Source: Lytechinus pictus
Lineage: Eukaryota
Length of the DNA stretch: 64,000 nucleotides
Direction of reading: 5' to 3'
Assembly (NCBI RefSeq): GCF_037042905.1
Contig: NC_087245.1
Span: 24,058,001 to 24,122,000 of the forward strand
Shown: positions 35,144-48,600 of the stretch, in pieces
How positions within the stretch are numbered: the stretch's first letter is position 1
Layout of the letters: each line of letters starts with the position of its first letter
Made by a program: the position numbers and the translations under genes
The notes under the pieces: model-generated
Seen by the model: the letters and a program-made list of their open reading frames with translations, nothing else
Told to the model about the DNA's origin: nothing
Databases searched by the model: none

Positions 35144-36616
35144 GCTACTACTGCTACTACTACTACTACTGCTACTACCACTACTGCCACTACTCACTAG
35201 TGTACCTACGGGGGGGGGGGCAGTCTGCCCCCCCCCCTGACGAGCCACAACCCATGCAAAGGACGTATCCCTGCCCCCCGGACGAGCTTGAAAGACCTTT
35301 TTTGCCCCCCCCCCCCTGACGAGCTCGAAGACCTTTTTTTTTTTTTTTTTTTTTTTTTTGCTTGTCAAAATTTTTGGCGGACGGTTTGGCCCCCCCTGTG
35401 GAAAATCCTAGGTACGCCACCGCCACTACTGCTATACTACTACTACTACTACTACTATATACTACTTAAGTTCTACCACTACTGCTACTACTACTACTAC
35501 TACTACTACCACTACTACCACTACTACCACTGCTGCTACTACTACTACTACTACTACACACAAAAAACAGAAACTTGCATGTGTTAGTAATCGTACTCAA
35601 ATGTCAAAATAATTTTGACACTATAGCGACATACTTTGATGAGTACTTTCACTCAATGAAGGTACTTTGAAAACTCATCTTGTCGAGTATATTTCATTTG
35701 ACACTATAGTGACACATCAAGTGAGTAAATTTGAATAACTCAATCTAATGAGTAACTTAACCCAGTGTAATGAGTATGTTTAAAGTATATTTACTGATTT
35801 TTTGAGTATGTGAGCATATTACACACTTGATTAGTTTTAGCGATAATCTGACGATTAACTGCGCTGAGAAAATGAGTAGTATATGACTCTTGTATGTGAG
35901 TTTTGGGGTGTTGAGATCATGCATCCAAGTAATTTTACTCGGATCTCGCGTTAATTGCTTGCGCGCACACGTGATACCGGCCAAATGTGCAGAGCATGAA
36001 GACTTTTCTGGTAAGTTCTACATGTCTTTTTATTTATTTTCCCCCTTTTCTTCTATAATTACTTTTCTTGACAATAATAGCTTAGACCTACATGTATGGG
36101 GCAAACATAAATGCTATTTATGGTGACAACAGGGTGCATTGATCTACATTCTCATCCATCCGAGGCTCACGCCTCTCGGTTTGGGTAACCACCAACGAAT
36201 TATATTTCTGTGGTAACCACACACCAGCCTGTTGTTGCGCCGCTACCCCGGGGCCAGAAGGGAGTGAAGGCCAGTGTGCCGCTACGATTGCTGGAGTCAT
36301 TTATGAGGAGGGCAAATAAGTGACATCGTCCATGATTACATAAATCATGGACGATGTCACTTATGTTCTGCTATCATACCTTACAAACTTGAAGAAAAAC
36401 TCATTTGTACGGATTGTTTTACATACTTTCACTGACAGGGATACTCAAGAAAAGTAGTTAATAAGTAATGTCCTTGAAAAAAAGATCAGGTGTAACAGAA
36501 ACCCAGATTCTCGAGTAAAAACACATACGTTACGAATTTTTGCACTTAATTCTTTATGTAAAAAACAATTTTACTCATGGAAAATAGTTCTCGTTTTTTG
36601 TGTGTACTACTACTAT

Positions 36617-36649
<33 letters not shown>

Positions 36650-39600
36650 CACTACTACTACTACTACCACTGCTACTACTACTACTGCTGCTGCTGTTGC
36701 TACAACTAATACCACCGCCAACACCAACACCACTACTACTACAACTCCTACTACTACTGCTATTAATATCAAAGTTTCTGTCTCTTTTTAGAAGGCAGAA
36801 GGGGAAAAAAGAAAAGAAAGACAGATAGAACAAGGGGAGTTTGAATGATGGCTTACTGGATGCATGGAGATTCTTTTATCTCGGTTCATGTGAAGAAGAT
36901 ACCCCACAGCCATACCGACCAGATAGGGTGGGATGCGACAGTATGGCTTCACGTATATCATCTGTTGAAATTCGGCGGCATTTGAATTTAGGTCCAGCAT
37001 ACCGCTATTTGAAATAATTGGATATATAGTTATGATAGTTTACAGAGAGCGATATTTACATGCTTATCATTTGCATGTGTACATACATGATTATTGTTAT
37101 AATGATGATGATGATGATAACGACGATAGTGGTGATCATGATGACGATGATGATAATTATGAACATCATCTTTATCATCACAATCATAATTGAAAATTAT
37201 GATCATCTTGATAATGATGATGATTATTACGATGATAATAACAATAATAATACTTATTATCATTAAATGATAAACAATTGAAATCAATGGTAAAAAAACG
37301 ACAATACCGAACAATATTCGTATAGTTCATAATAATAGAAAACAAAATGTACATATATTTTAACAAATATGGTTGTTTTATTATGTCATGCGCCGTAACG
37401 AAATCTCGCGATATATGACGACAGTGCATTTTGTTTATGGTTAACACGTTCAATTTTTAATTGCTTATCATTTAAAAGTTCAGTAAAACAGTATCTGCTG
37501 AATCAACATGATCAATAAGTTTAAGTATCATTTCAGTCATTTACAAAAGAACTATTTGTTTGTGTATTTGTTTTTATTTCCATATAAAAATCATAAATGA
37601 AATAGATGAAACTCAAGAAAAGTATTTGCAATGGAAGATGGCCCATTTCAGTGATATTTACTAAATGTCACTTTTCTTCCATGGGGTCCTAATTAAAAGA
37701 AAGTAACTTCAAATATGTAAGGTTGAAATTTAAACAAGAAATAAAGCACAAAATAATAATTAGCACAGCATTGACCAACATAAAGTCATGTGTCGTAATT
37801 AAGTCACATGATATAAGACGACGATGACTGTATCAACATACTTTAGACGAGCGTTGAAATCATTGATGACCATCAAAACAGTAGTGGTTGTAACACTTGC
37901 TACGCATGTGACTATCAGAGCTCCAAAGCCAATCCTAGGTTTCCTTTGAAAACAACCATATAGAATGATTATTTACTAAAAACAAGCAATATCTTCGACA
38001 ACAGTTACGTGATGTTTCAGAAACTTGATTAATTAACTGCAAAAACTTCCATTGGAGGATACTAATTAAAATGATCACTGTATTGTAAAAAATAATTAAA
38101 GATCATTTGGCGAATTACTGTATACTTTCTTACAATGGCAATACTACTTTAATAGGTGAGAATGTTGTTCGACAATTACCTATTGTGTATATATATGTAG
38201 ATATTGCAAAAGATGTATTTTTTCTAAGTTGCAAGTGTTCAACTTTGGTTAAATTATTACCATTTTACATGGAAGAACCCGTGTTGTAGTGCCGGCCTAC
38301 TTTTTCAAAGCCTTGGCCTTGAACATTCAAGCCTTGGCCTTGGCCTTGAGGATCAAGGCATTTTCAAGGCCTTTTCAAGGCATTTTGTATTTTGTACTTT
38401 CATTTAATTTTAAATAAGTAATTATAAATGTTTCAAAAATTGTTCTGTATATTTAATTGCACTAATGGTCAATACTACCAGTCAGCAGTAGCAGTAGCAG
38501 CAGCAGTATAGTAAGTGTACTAGCAGTGCCATCAGTTGTAATTATCATCATTATCAAGAATTATCACATGCATGTATGTAATAAAGAAAACAGCAGTGAT
38601 GAAAAACAGCATTACTTGGTAATGTGTTGTAATTATGACTAATGATGATAATAACAATATTTATAAATGTGATAATAATGATAGTAATAATGATTATGAT
38701 AATGATTACAGTGATTTGATGACAGGAATAATTCTGACAGATCTGACTGCAATTATGACAACAACTTTCATAATTAAAAAATAGATAACTCTAAGAATGA
38801 TTACAAGATGGATTTCGATTCCATTAGGTTTTTCCTTGTATTATTTTTTTTAGCCAACAAGAATGTTTTGATAAGATTAGGTAAACTTGAACACATCTTC
38901 AATTTTGTCATACCCAAATGTGCTATGTCAATGGCATGATGAGCCAAAATGTTGAGGGAACAAGAATGGCATATAGAGCAAAATGTCTGCCAATAAAGTT
39001 GAAAGGGATTGAAGCGAGCGAGCGAGCATTTTTTTCACCCTCTTACTATAACAAAAGCTAATTTTGTGATAGATTGTGACAATATGTTTAGGAAAATAAT
39101 ATTACATTTATTCCCTTTCTTCTCCTTTTTCCTTCTCTAATTTTATTCTCGGTGGTGGAACTTCTCTCTCTCTCTCTCTTTTTTTTTTTGGGGGGGCTGA
39201 TATTTTTTAAGCAGGCGAGAAAGAGGAATGGGAAGAGAAAGAGAGAGAGGGGGGGAGAAGTGGGAAAACATGTGAGGGCGTAATAAAGATGGGCGGGGGT
39301 GACACATTTGCCTGGTTCTAGGCAGAATATACTGCAAAATCAGTTAATATGTTGATAGGCAGTACATCTTTTCTGTATATTTTGTTTTGGGTCTAGTGTC
39401 TCAGATTGACAAAACAAAGTAAAAAAAACATGTTTACCTCTTTTTAATCATATGGTTCGACAGTGAATTTCATTTCACTACAGTTTCAAGGAAATAAACA
39501 AAGTATTTGTTTTTGTGTGGTTTGTGATTTGTGTGTGTGTGGTTTAATTTTACTGTTTTAAGAATAAATTAATTTACCCTCCCCAACTAAGGGTATGGGT

Positions 39601-42600
39601 TGTGCCCCGTTTATTTTATATCCTTTTGCATATAACTTTATTTTGTGAGTACTGTTTATTCCGGTTTTGAGGTAAAATAAGAGTAGAAGATACAAATAAT
39701 GAAAATTTAAATTTGAAAATCGCATCAATTATTGTTTAGTACGGTACTTATCCTGTTCATGGTTATACACAAATGTTTAGAATGTCCAGTTTTCAGGTTT
39801 GGAATAGCACAAATTTTGGGCCCACGTTCTGCGCTCACATAAATTATTGTTAAGTAAGGTACTCATTATATTCCCGTTTACAAAAAAATGCTTAGAATGT
39901 ACACTTTCAGGTTGGAATATAAAAAAAAAATTGAGCTCGCGCTTTGCGCTCGCATTATTTGATTGGTAAGTTATGTATCCTATTTATGAGTCACTAAATG
40001 CAGTCCTTTTCTGGTCAGTATACTAAAAACTGAAAAATTCAGCTTGCGCTTTGCGCCTGCATTAATTCTTTATTTAGATACAAATCTTTTTCATGATTAC
40101 AAAAAAACTCGGAATATTTAATTTTCATGTTTTATTACAAGAAAAGTCCAGAAGTTTGAGCTCATGATTCGTGCTGGCAACATCTCGCAAGGATGCCCTT
40201 TTAACAGTAATTAGCGCCATAATTGACCAAAATCGAGTTTTACAACTTCAGAATTGATTTTTTTTCAAAACCGCTTGCTCGCTACGCTTTTTCGCGGAAA
40301 CGTTATGCCTAAATAAAACTAATCAATTAGAAATCACTTAAACAAGGCTTTGCTCAACTTAGTTTCTACAAAACACACAACTACTTCAATAGATGATAAG
40401 TCATTTTGAAAATATCTGTTTGCACCAAAATCCCATTTTGACATAATATAAGTGCCCTTTTTGGCTTTGACCCCCTCCCCAAACAAAAATATGTTCTGCT
40501 GCCCCTGTCCCAGGGAGTGGAGAAAGATATACGTTGAGAATGGGCATGCCAGGATCAGATGACCGTGGTAATAACAATTATTGCAATTTAATTCGCCTAG
40601 AAAAACAATGTATTAAAGTACATAGGTAACTATATATATTGTTATTTTAATATTTTTTTCTAGATCTATCATGAAACTATCTTTGTTTACGTGTACATGG
40701 TCAAAATTTTTGCTCGCTCAGTTCGCGCACTCACACCTTTTATACATTTTGCCCTGTGTGCCATGTTTGCCGCCTAAGCATTGTTGGCTCATTGTTCCAA
40801 ATATCGAAAGTTTGAAATGCCTTGGCCTTGAGGTTTTCAGGCCTTGGCCTTGGGTATTGAAGCCTTGGCCTTGGGTATTAAAGCCTTGGCCTAGGAGGTT
40901 TGAGCCTTGACTACAACACTGAGAAGAGCTGTGAGATATATCAGTGTCGTGATGCACAGCTTATATCAGTATGTCATTTCGTATAAGTTGTCATTCTTAT
41001 TGATTTGTATACTTACTTGTATAACAGAAGTATGAAAATGGGGCTGATAACGAAGAACTGGAAGTCATTTGCCAGATACCAAACCCAACTGATACACTAT
41101 AGCAGAGAGAGAGACAGAGACAGACATACAGAGAGGGGAATGGACAGAGAGAGAGGCAGAGACAGAGGGGGAGAGAGGGGGGGGGGGAGGGGAGAGCGAG
41201 ACAGAGAGAATGGGGTTAGATTACCTCAAATGCTAAATTATCTTGAATAAGTCAATGGATATCAATTTTCAACATATATTCATTTTACGTATAAAAAATA
41301 CAGAACTTATTCAATAAGGGTAAGGCTAGGCAGGAAAGAAAGTTTCAGGAAAAAAATTAAAAATCATGCAAACCATCTCGAAAGAATTTCATGAGTATTT
41401 ATGCAAAAATTACCAATTTAAAATAACGACGGCCATATTCGCAGCCTGGCTAAATTAGTTTGCTTATTTCTACACCATCAAACTGAAATTTGGTTAATTT
41501 TCTTTCTCAATTACCGTATCAAAATTATTGTCCACTAATTAGACTCATAAATCAAGCTCTCAATCTTACTTTGGTGGTTTGAATAAATATGTTTAAATCT
41601 CCAACCTATACGTATTATAGAGTCAAGCAAACCCTGTAATACCGAATCATGATAAGAATTACTCTCTATAGATTAAAAAACAATATTGTCCCTAATCACA
41701 GTTTTCTCAGAGTAAAACTAGAGACCAGTTCTTTTGGAGTGGATTGTATACAGTGAATGCTAGCTCCTTTGAAGCGGCTGATGTGCATTTTGGGGGACAT
41801 TTTCGCTCCAAAAGAGCTAAAATTAAATTCTTAAAAGTTGCAAATGTCAAACCAAAATGACTTTTCACTCATTTCACTCCAAGATGAATGTGATTAGGAA
41901 CCAAAATAGCTCTTTTGCATCTAGAGACTACATTTCTTCATCAAAAAAATTATTATGGGATAGGTCTTGACTTACTCTGCCGTGAACGAAATTGTTGATG
42001 TAGAGTAAGTTTGCCCACCACCCTTCGCTGCAGCCATGGTCAATGACTTGGCCTGGCCACTTTGGACCTTCTCCTAGCAGTGGTCTTATATACATCCAAA
42101 TCAACATGGAAAATGCCATCGCCGGGGTGAGTCTGAGGTTTAAAAGAGCAGTTCAATACCAAAAAGTCTACTAATTGATTTATAAAGTATTACAACTATT
42201 TTGGTTTCTTTGCCCAGGATTGTCGAAGGTTTGTCGAAGGGTTGGTGTTCGATTCCCCGCATTTGGTCTTAATTGAAAATAAAAATTCTTATTTGATCAA
42301 ATCTGTAGCTCTTTTCATTATCATGATTTTATTTCACATGTAGTAATTTCTATGACAGTTTACACTACTTTAGAGATTTTGTTTCTTTATATAATTTCAT
42401 TTCCATAAGTAATTGTATCTCTGTATTTGAACCCTACCTAAGGAAAAGTCTAGTGGGCTTATAAGAAATAAGTAATAATTACATCAACAACAAGAACAAT
42501 GATAATAATAATAATGATAATAATAATGATAACAATTATGAAAATGATGATAATAGCAAAAATTATAATAATAATGATGATAATGAAAATAATATTAATA

Positions 42601-45600
42601 TTAATGAGATAGCAATCGGTAATGCAGTAACGATAATCAATATCGGAAAATGACATAAATAATAATAATGATTACCTCCAGTAACGCTGAAAGTAGAAAC
42701 AAAACCAAGGTATATGTCCATTTGTTTTCACCATTCGTTTTAAGGTCATATACGTCACTAATAAGCCACTGCAAAGAAATGTGCATCGTTAAAACAAACT
42801 CAAATGTTATTTTTATGAAGACAATAAAGTTATGCCATCGACGGTCTATCAAGTCATTTTAGAGTCATATCGAATAAATGAAATGTAAAATGTATAAATT
42901 TGAGACGAATATCACACATCTTATGTTAATATGATGTTGTTTGCATTTTGTTCTCGCTTAGCATATGCAGATTCCAACACAGGGTTGGCACAACTCAGAA
43001 TAACCAAGGTTATCAAATCATATCATTATACAAGTTCAATGTTGTTTTTTTAATCCAAACCAGGTATTTTTTTCATATAAATGAATGTATACATCGTATT
43101 TAATTCAATCATTTTCCCCAACATTAAATATTTTCTGCAATATTAGGCCTACGTATATATGGTATAGAAAATGCTTAAATTTGACCCTGATTTAGATACA
43201 AATCTGATGATATTTTCCTCAAAGTTCTGCTTAAAGTAACGTCTTCTGTTATTTTTTTTTATTATTCTTAAATTTTCTTGAAAAATATGTTGACTGCTAA
43301 TAAACATTTTATCATGTTGATAGAAGACTACAACTCTATCTAAATAGTCTCAAAAGGTTTGCCATGTAGCCACTGTTGTATTTTAACTGAAGTGCATAAT
43401 ATATTTTTAAATAAATGTCAGGATTTAACTATTGTCACGCCGTTATTTTCCTACTTTCACCAGCTTCACATATTCATCCAATGATGTTCTCACCTTAAGA
43501 AAAAGAAACTATCGACAGCTAGATAAGCATTAACGACAACCTGGAATCCAAAATGGGTTAGCATTTCCAGAGCGAAGGGAGCGTTTGCTAAAAACAATTA
43601 GACGAGGGATAAAAATCGGTAAATCATTTTTCAAAATTTCACTAATTTTCATTTTGCTTAACAGCGATAAATTACATGTTCTTTAAATAATCCACAAGCA
43701 GAATAAACCAATTCATTCCTTCCATTTTCATTTTGCTTATCTGTAGCAGTGGCGTAGCTCCTGGGGGGCACTGGGGGTTCCTTGTTTTTTCAGGGGGGCA
43801 ACATTTTTTTTCCGGTGTGTGTGTGTTTGTGTCACAAGGGCGGATCCGACTTTCGCCAATAGGGGACGGGGCCCGAAATTATCTTCACCTATATTTTTCC
43901 CGATCAGTCACTTCTTATAGTTTTATTCTTATAAAACAACATAAACATGAAATGATCTCATAAGCCTTATAAAAAGTGCGAGCGCGAGCGATTTGTTTTT
44001 TAACTTTCATGTATTTTGTCCTGAAAATTTAATATTCTGGGCAATGTAATGTGTGATCCTGAACAAGATGCGTATGTAACTACATGATTACTGCGAACGC
44101 CAAGCGCGAGCAGAAATTTTTAATAACTGTTCTAGCATGATCGAAAAGGGACCTGTTAAGGACTGCTTACATTTACCCACTGGGCGTTGTGGCGTGCGCC
44201 TGTAATCCAAGCTATGCGGGGAAGTTACAAATTGATGTAGAGGTTCGAGGTTCGAGCCCTGGTCACGTCTTTCGGATGGTGACGTTAAAGGTCGGTCCCA
44301 GACGTAAATAATCATATCTGATTGATACACGTCTGACAAAACTCAAATACACACACCCACGAAGATGGTATATATTTTAATAATGGGAGCGCGAAGCGCA
44401 AGCAATTTTTTTTTGACATTCCGACCTAAAAAATTGTCATTCTAAGCACTTTTTGTATTCATAAATGGGATAGGTATGTAACTAAACAATTCTTGCGAGC
44501 GCGAAGCGCGAGAGGAAGAAAATTTATATTTTAGACCTAAAAGCGGGACACTCTATTCATATTTTGTAAATCATGAATAGGATATAGTTAATTGTGTATC
44601 GTTAATATAATGCGATCGTGAAGCGTGAGCAGACAATGATAATTTAAGTACATTTTAAATAAAGAACATGCAGGCTATCGCGCGTGTTTTAGATTTAGAC
44701 CTAGAATCTGGACATTCTGAATACATTTTTTTAATGGAACTTTATGGAATACACGAAGACAATAGGAACTTGGCAAATCAAACAATGTGACCACGCAGCG
44801 TGAGCTTAAAATGTTGATATGTAGACCATAAAAAAGACATTTTACAGAGCACTTAAATTTTTAAATGAAAAAAAAATAATGAAAGCTCGATGTCCGAGCT
44901 AAAATGTGTTTTGTATATTGACTTCAAAACTTGCTCCATATCAGCCTATATTGAGCAAGATATGAATCTCATCGAACAGGCAATTCTGGCGCGAAGCGCA
45001 AGCAAAATTTGTATATAGTAACATGAAAGATTTTTTTTTTGCAAGTCTTCCCCTCACATTATTTCATTCACTCGTCTTCCTCCTCTTATTTTCCTCTTCT
45101 TTTTTCTTCTGTCTTTCTCCTTCTTTTCTTTTTTTCTTTTCTTTCTCCCTTTTTTTTTTTGCTCTGTCAATTTTTTTCAGGGGAGGCACCTGGGGGGGGG
45201 GGGGGGGGCACACAAAATCTCAGGGGGGCACGTGCCCCCAGGCCCCCCCCCCCCGTAGCTACGCCACTGATATGTAGTTCCCTATTCTCATTTAGTAAGC
45301 TACTTTTCATTCGATGTAAAAAAAAAACACTATTTGACGACCAGTCTAAATATCACAGCAAATACCTATAAAATGAAAGGTAATATTGAAGGGGCTATGT
45401 CTATGATAAATTCTAGGCAAAATTATCATTATGATGCATCAATAATTTTACCATAGAGTGTATTGCCCATCAGGAAGGAGGGCACATGACCGAGTATTAT
45501 CCACGTCATGCTAAGTACCCGGATGCCATCCAAACACCGAATGGTTGCATTCGTCGTCTTGGTGTTCATCAGATTTTCTAGATTGAGGTTGAAAGCGAAG

Positions 45601-48600
45601 CTTCTAGTCACTTCTTGACATACCCGAGAAATAACTGAAATAAATCAATGCAATTAATGATTTATTTTTCATTATGATTTTTAAGGAGAAAAAGGAGAAA
45701 GGGGTGAATGAAAGGGGCTGGAATAGGGTAAGAAATAGATTTTAAAAAAGTTATATCTTCATCTGATGTGAAACAACCGGAAAGGAGCGAGGGGAGAGAG
45801 AGAGAGGGGGGGGGGGTGTCAGAGAGAGGAAAAGGAAACGGAGGGATAGCAAGAATGCGTGCATAATTGCGGCTTGGAGAGAGTTGGGTATAAGATGAAG
45901 ACGTTTGAAAATTAACCTAGTTCTGACAAAAAAAGGAGAAAAAATACAAACTACTGTGCAAAGTTAAATAAATTATTTGTGTCGCCAGGATGCCAGACCG
46001 AAAGCTTACTGTCTCTTGGAATGATAGTAAAAATGCCAAATTGTTGAAATATGCAAATCCAAATTCGGGATAAATGATTCAAGACTTGTCATCGGATGTA
46101 AAAACGAGTCAATGAAAAGAGATAAGGACACTGCGTGCATGGCCTGAGTGCGTCTTAAGGGTGTCCATAGATCTAACACTGCATCTTTAGAACATTCTTC
46201 TGAATGATAAGTAAATGAAGAGAGAATAGGAGAGAAAAAGATGGGGAATCATAATATGTACCTCGCCCAGCATACCGAATGACTCGAGATAACTGTTTAC
46301 TCTGCTCATCCGATGTTGAGTTGGAAGTATTCTTTTTTGAACTGATGTCATTATCAAGTTCCTTGCCTTTGGATTGGTCCATCGTGTTTTCGCCATCGCC
46401 GTCAATCTCCATCCTGAACCCCTCGTTGGTTAGTCCCTGATCGGTCTGTGTTCCGTTGTCTTGATTTCCCCTCACCTCTGTAAGACGTTCAACATATTAA
46501 AATAATTTTCATATTTCTCAGGTAATATTGATAACCCAATCTTATTTAACTTTCCTACCAAAATAAATTTCATATTTCTCAGGTAATATTGATAACCCAA
46601 TCTTATTTAACTTTCCTACCAAGTTGCCAGTCACTGTTATCAGTTTCAATATTACTTTTGATTAAATGAAACCATGATTATTTTGGATATTTAGGGATGA
46701 TTGTGTCATCAAATTACTCTTTTAGTTTGGGTTTGATGGCAACTCTTTTCTGGAATCGGCCATAATAGTCATGACAGAAACGACAACGGTAGTTTGTTTA
46801 GCTATGAGAAGTTGGCAAGTTGATGATTGTAATAGACTCACTGATGGACCGTTGGGTCACTCAGTGGTCATAAGGATCCTTTCTAAAAAAATTCATTTGT
46901 GAATCACCAACACAAATCAGGAGCTAAATGTTGAGGAATTTGATAAATATAACAATAATGATGGTAGGAGTATGGTGTGATGATGATGGTTTTAACTGGT
47001 GATGGTGGTGGTGGTGGTGGTGGTGGTGGTAGTTCATGGTGTTGGTCAGGGATGGATCCAGTATTCCATTTATGTGCGGTTCCATAAAAAAAATAGAGAA
47101 AGAAAATAGATCCTACTGATGATTTTAGTGATGGTGGCTCATGCGGCAGCGGTGGTGGTAGTGATGGAGATGGCGGGAATGTCATACCTACCGTAGACTT
47201 CTGTTGGCATTTCTGCAGTCGTTATGATAGTGTTTTGTGATGCAGGTACGTTCTGTGAGGGCTTTGATAAAGTTGGCCTTCCATGCCTGTCCTTAGACCG
47301 CCAAATCCGCAATTCATCTTGTAGGGCCCCGATAATCATTAGCAAGGCAAAGAAACAACTCAATGATCTGAAGAATGGAGTATAAAAAGGACAATAATCT
47401 TTAGGAATTCAGAATGATTTCGGTGTATTTTTTTTCTAAATGTGAAGCTCTTCAGATAAATTTCCAACTTAGTAAAAAGAAACTATACATCGTGCTCACA
47501 TCGCTACGATAAACGTGCATTGAATTATCTTATACAATGTTCTCATATTTCGATTTTTGAGATTAAGGTTTGATTCATTCTCTTAGTCAAAATGATTAAA
47601 AAATGATGTACCGAACTAAGACAGATATAACGTATAACGTATTTGAATATATCTGAACGATTAATGTCTTAGTTAAAATGTCAATGATAATAATGTTGAA
47701 AATATCACTTGTTTATACTTAAGTATATTGGCAGTCAATTGTATATGTTAAAAAGCGTACACTCACAGAGTTGCCCAGAAGCCTTTGGTGAACGGTGCAG
47801 GAGGTTCTTCTGAGCATTGAACCGCTGCTGCTGATATGTCGGTGTCGTTAAAAGGTGCGGATATTAGGTCTGCACGTTACCAAAAAATAACAAAACAATT
47901 CCAATTCATGACTGATACATTGTTAAGGAGAAGGAGCTAGGGAGCATGCCATGGCCCTGGGAAGCGGGGGTGTATTTTCCTGGTGGGTGCTGCATGTATT
48001 ATTCTCGATAGGCAGCACCCCCTGGAATTCTGGAAGGGGTGACAAAATGGAGATAATTGCACTAAAAATGTTACTTGGAAGAAAAATAAATATATACTTG
48101 AATTGAATTGAATACCAAAGTGATATAGTCTACAAAGGGCATGTGAACTTTAACAAAACGGCTACTTTAAATAGTTTGTTGGACATAATTACACAGTAAA
48201 AAAATAGCAGGTTATTTAAGCCTGTCACTCTAACAACAAGTTGTTTAAACTGTTTTGTAATTGTTAAAACTTTTTAAACAACTAGTTTAAAAAGTTTAAC
48301 CAGTTGATTCAAAAGTCTATACAGTATTTGTTAGAGTGACGAGCTCAAACACCGTGCTTAATTTTTAAACAGCGTTTTTACAGTGTATTAAAAGAAGAAA
48401 GGGAATCGATACTTAGCTGCACTATCTTTATGTCTTGGGAGGTTATTTGAATGATAATGTCAACGTTTGTTATTGATAACCTACCGTAAAATCGCATTAC
48501 AATTATTACAAAGATAAAACTTAACAATAATCAAATTAAACATTATACCGTCAAAATTGAATGTTTTATGTGCGTCCAATTTAGCCGGTTTGTGCCATCA

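Noticed and set aside
44179..44222. Human Alu contamination
   Set aside because: Similarity is limited to the 7SL-like head. There is no dimeric Alu body or poly(A), and the unit is embedded in native repeats and continues into a Deu-like segment shared with another SINE in this window.
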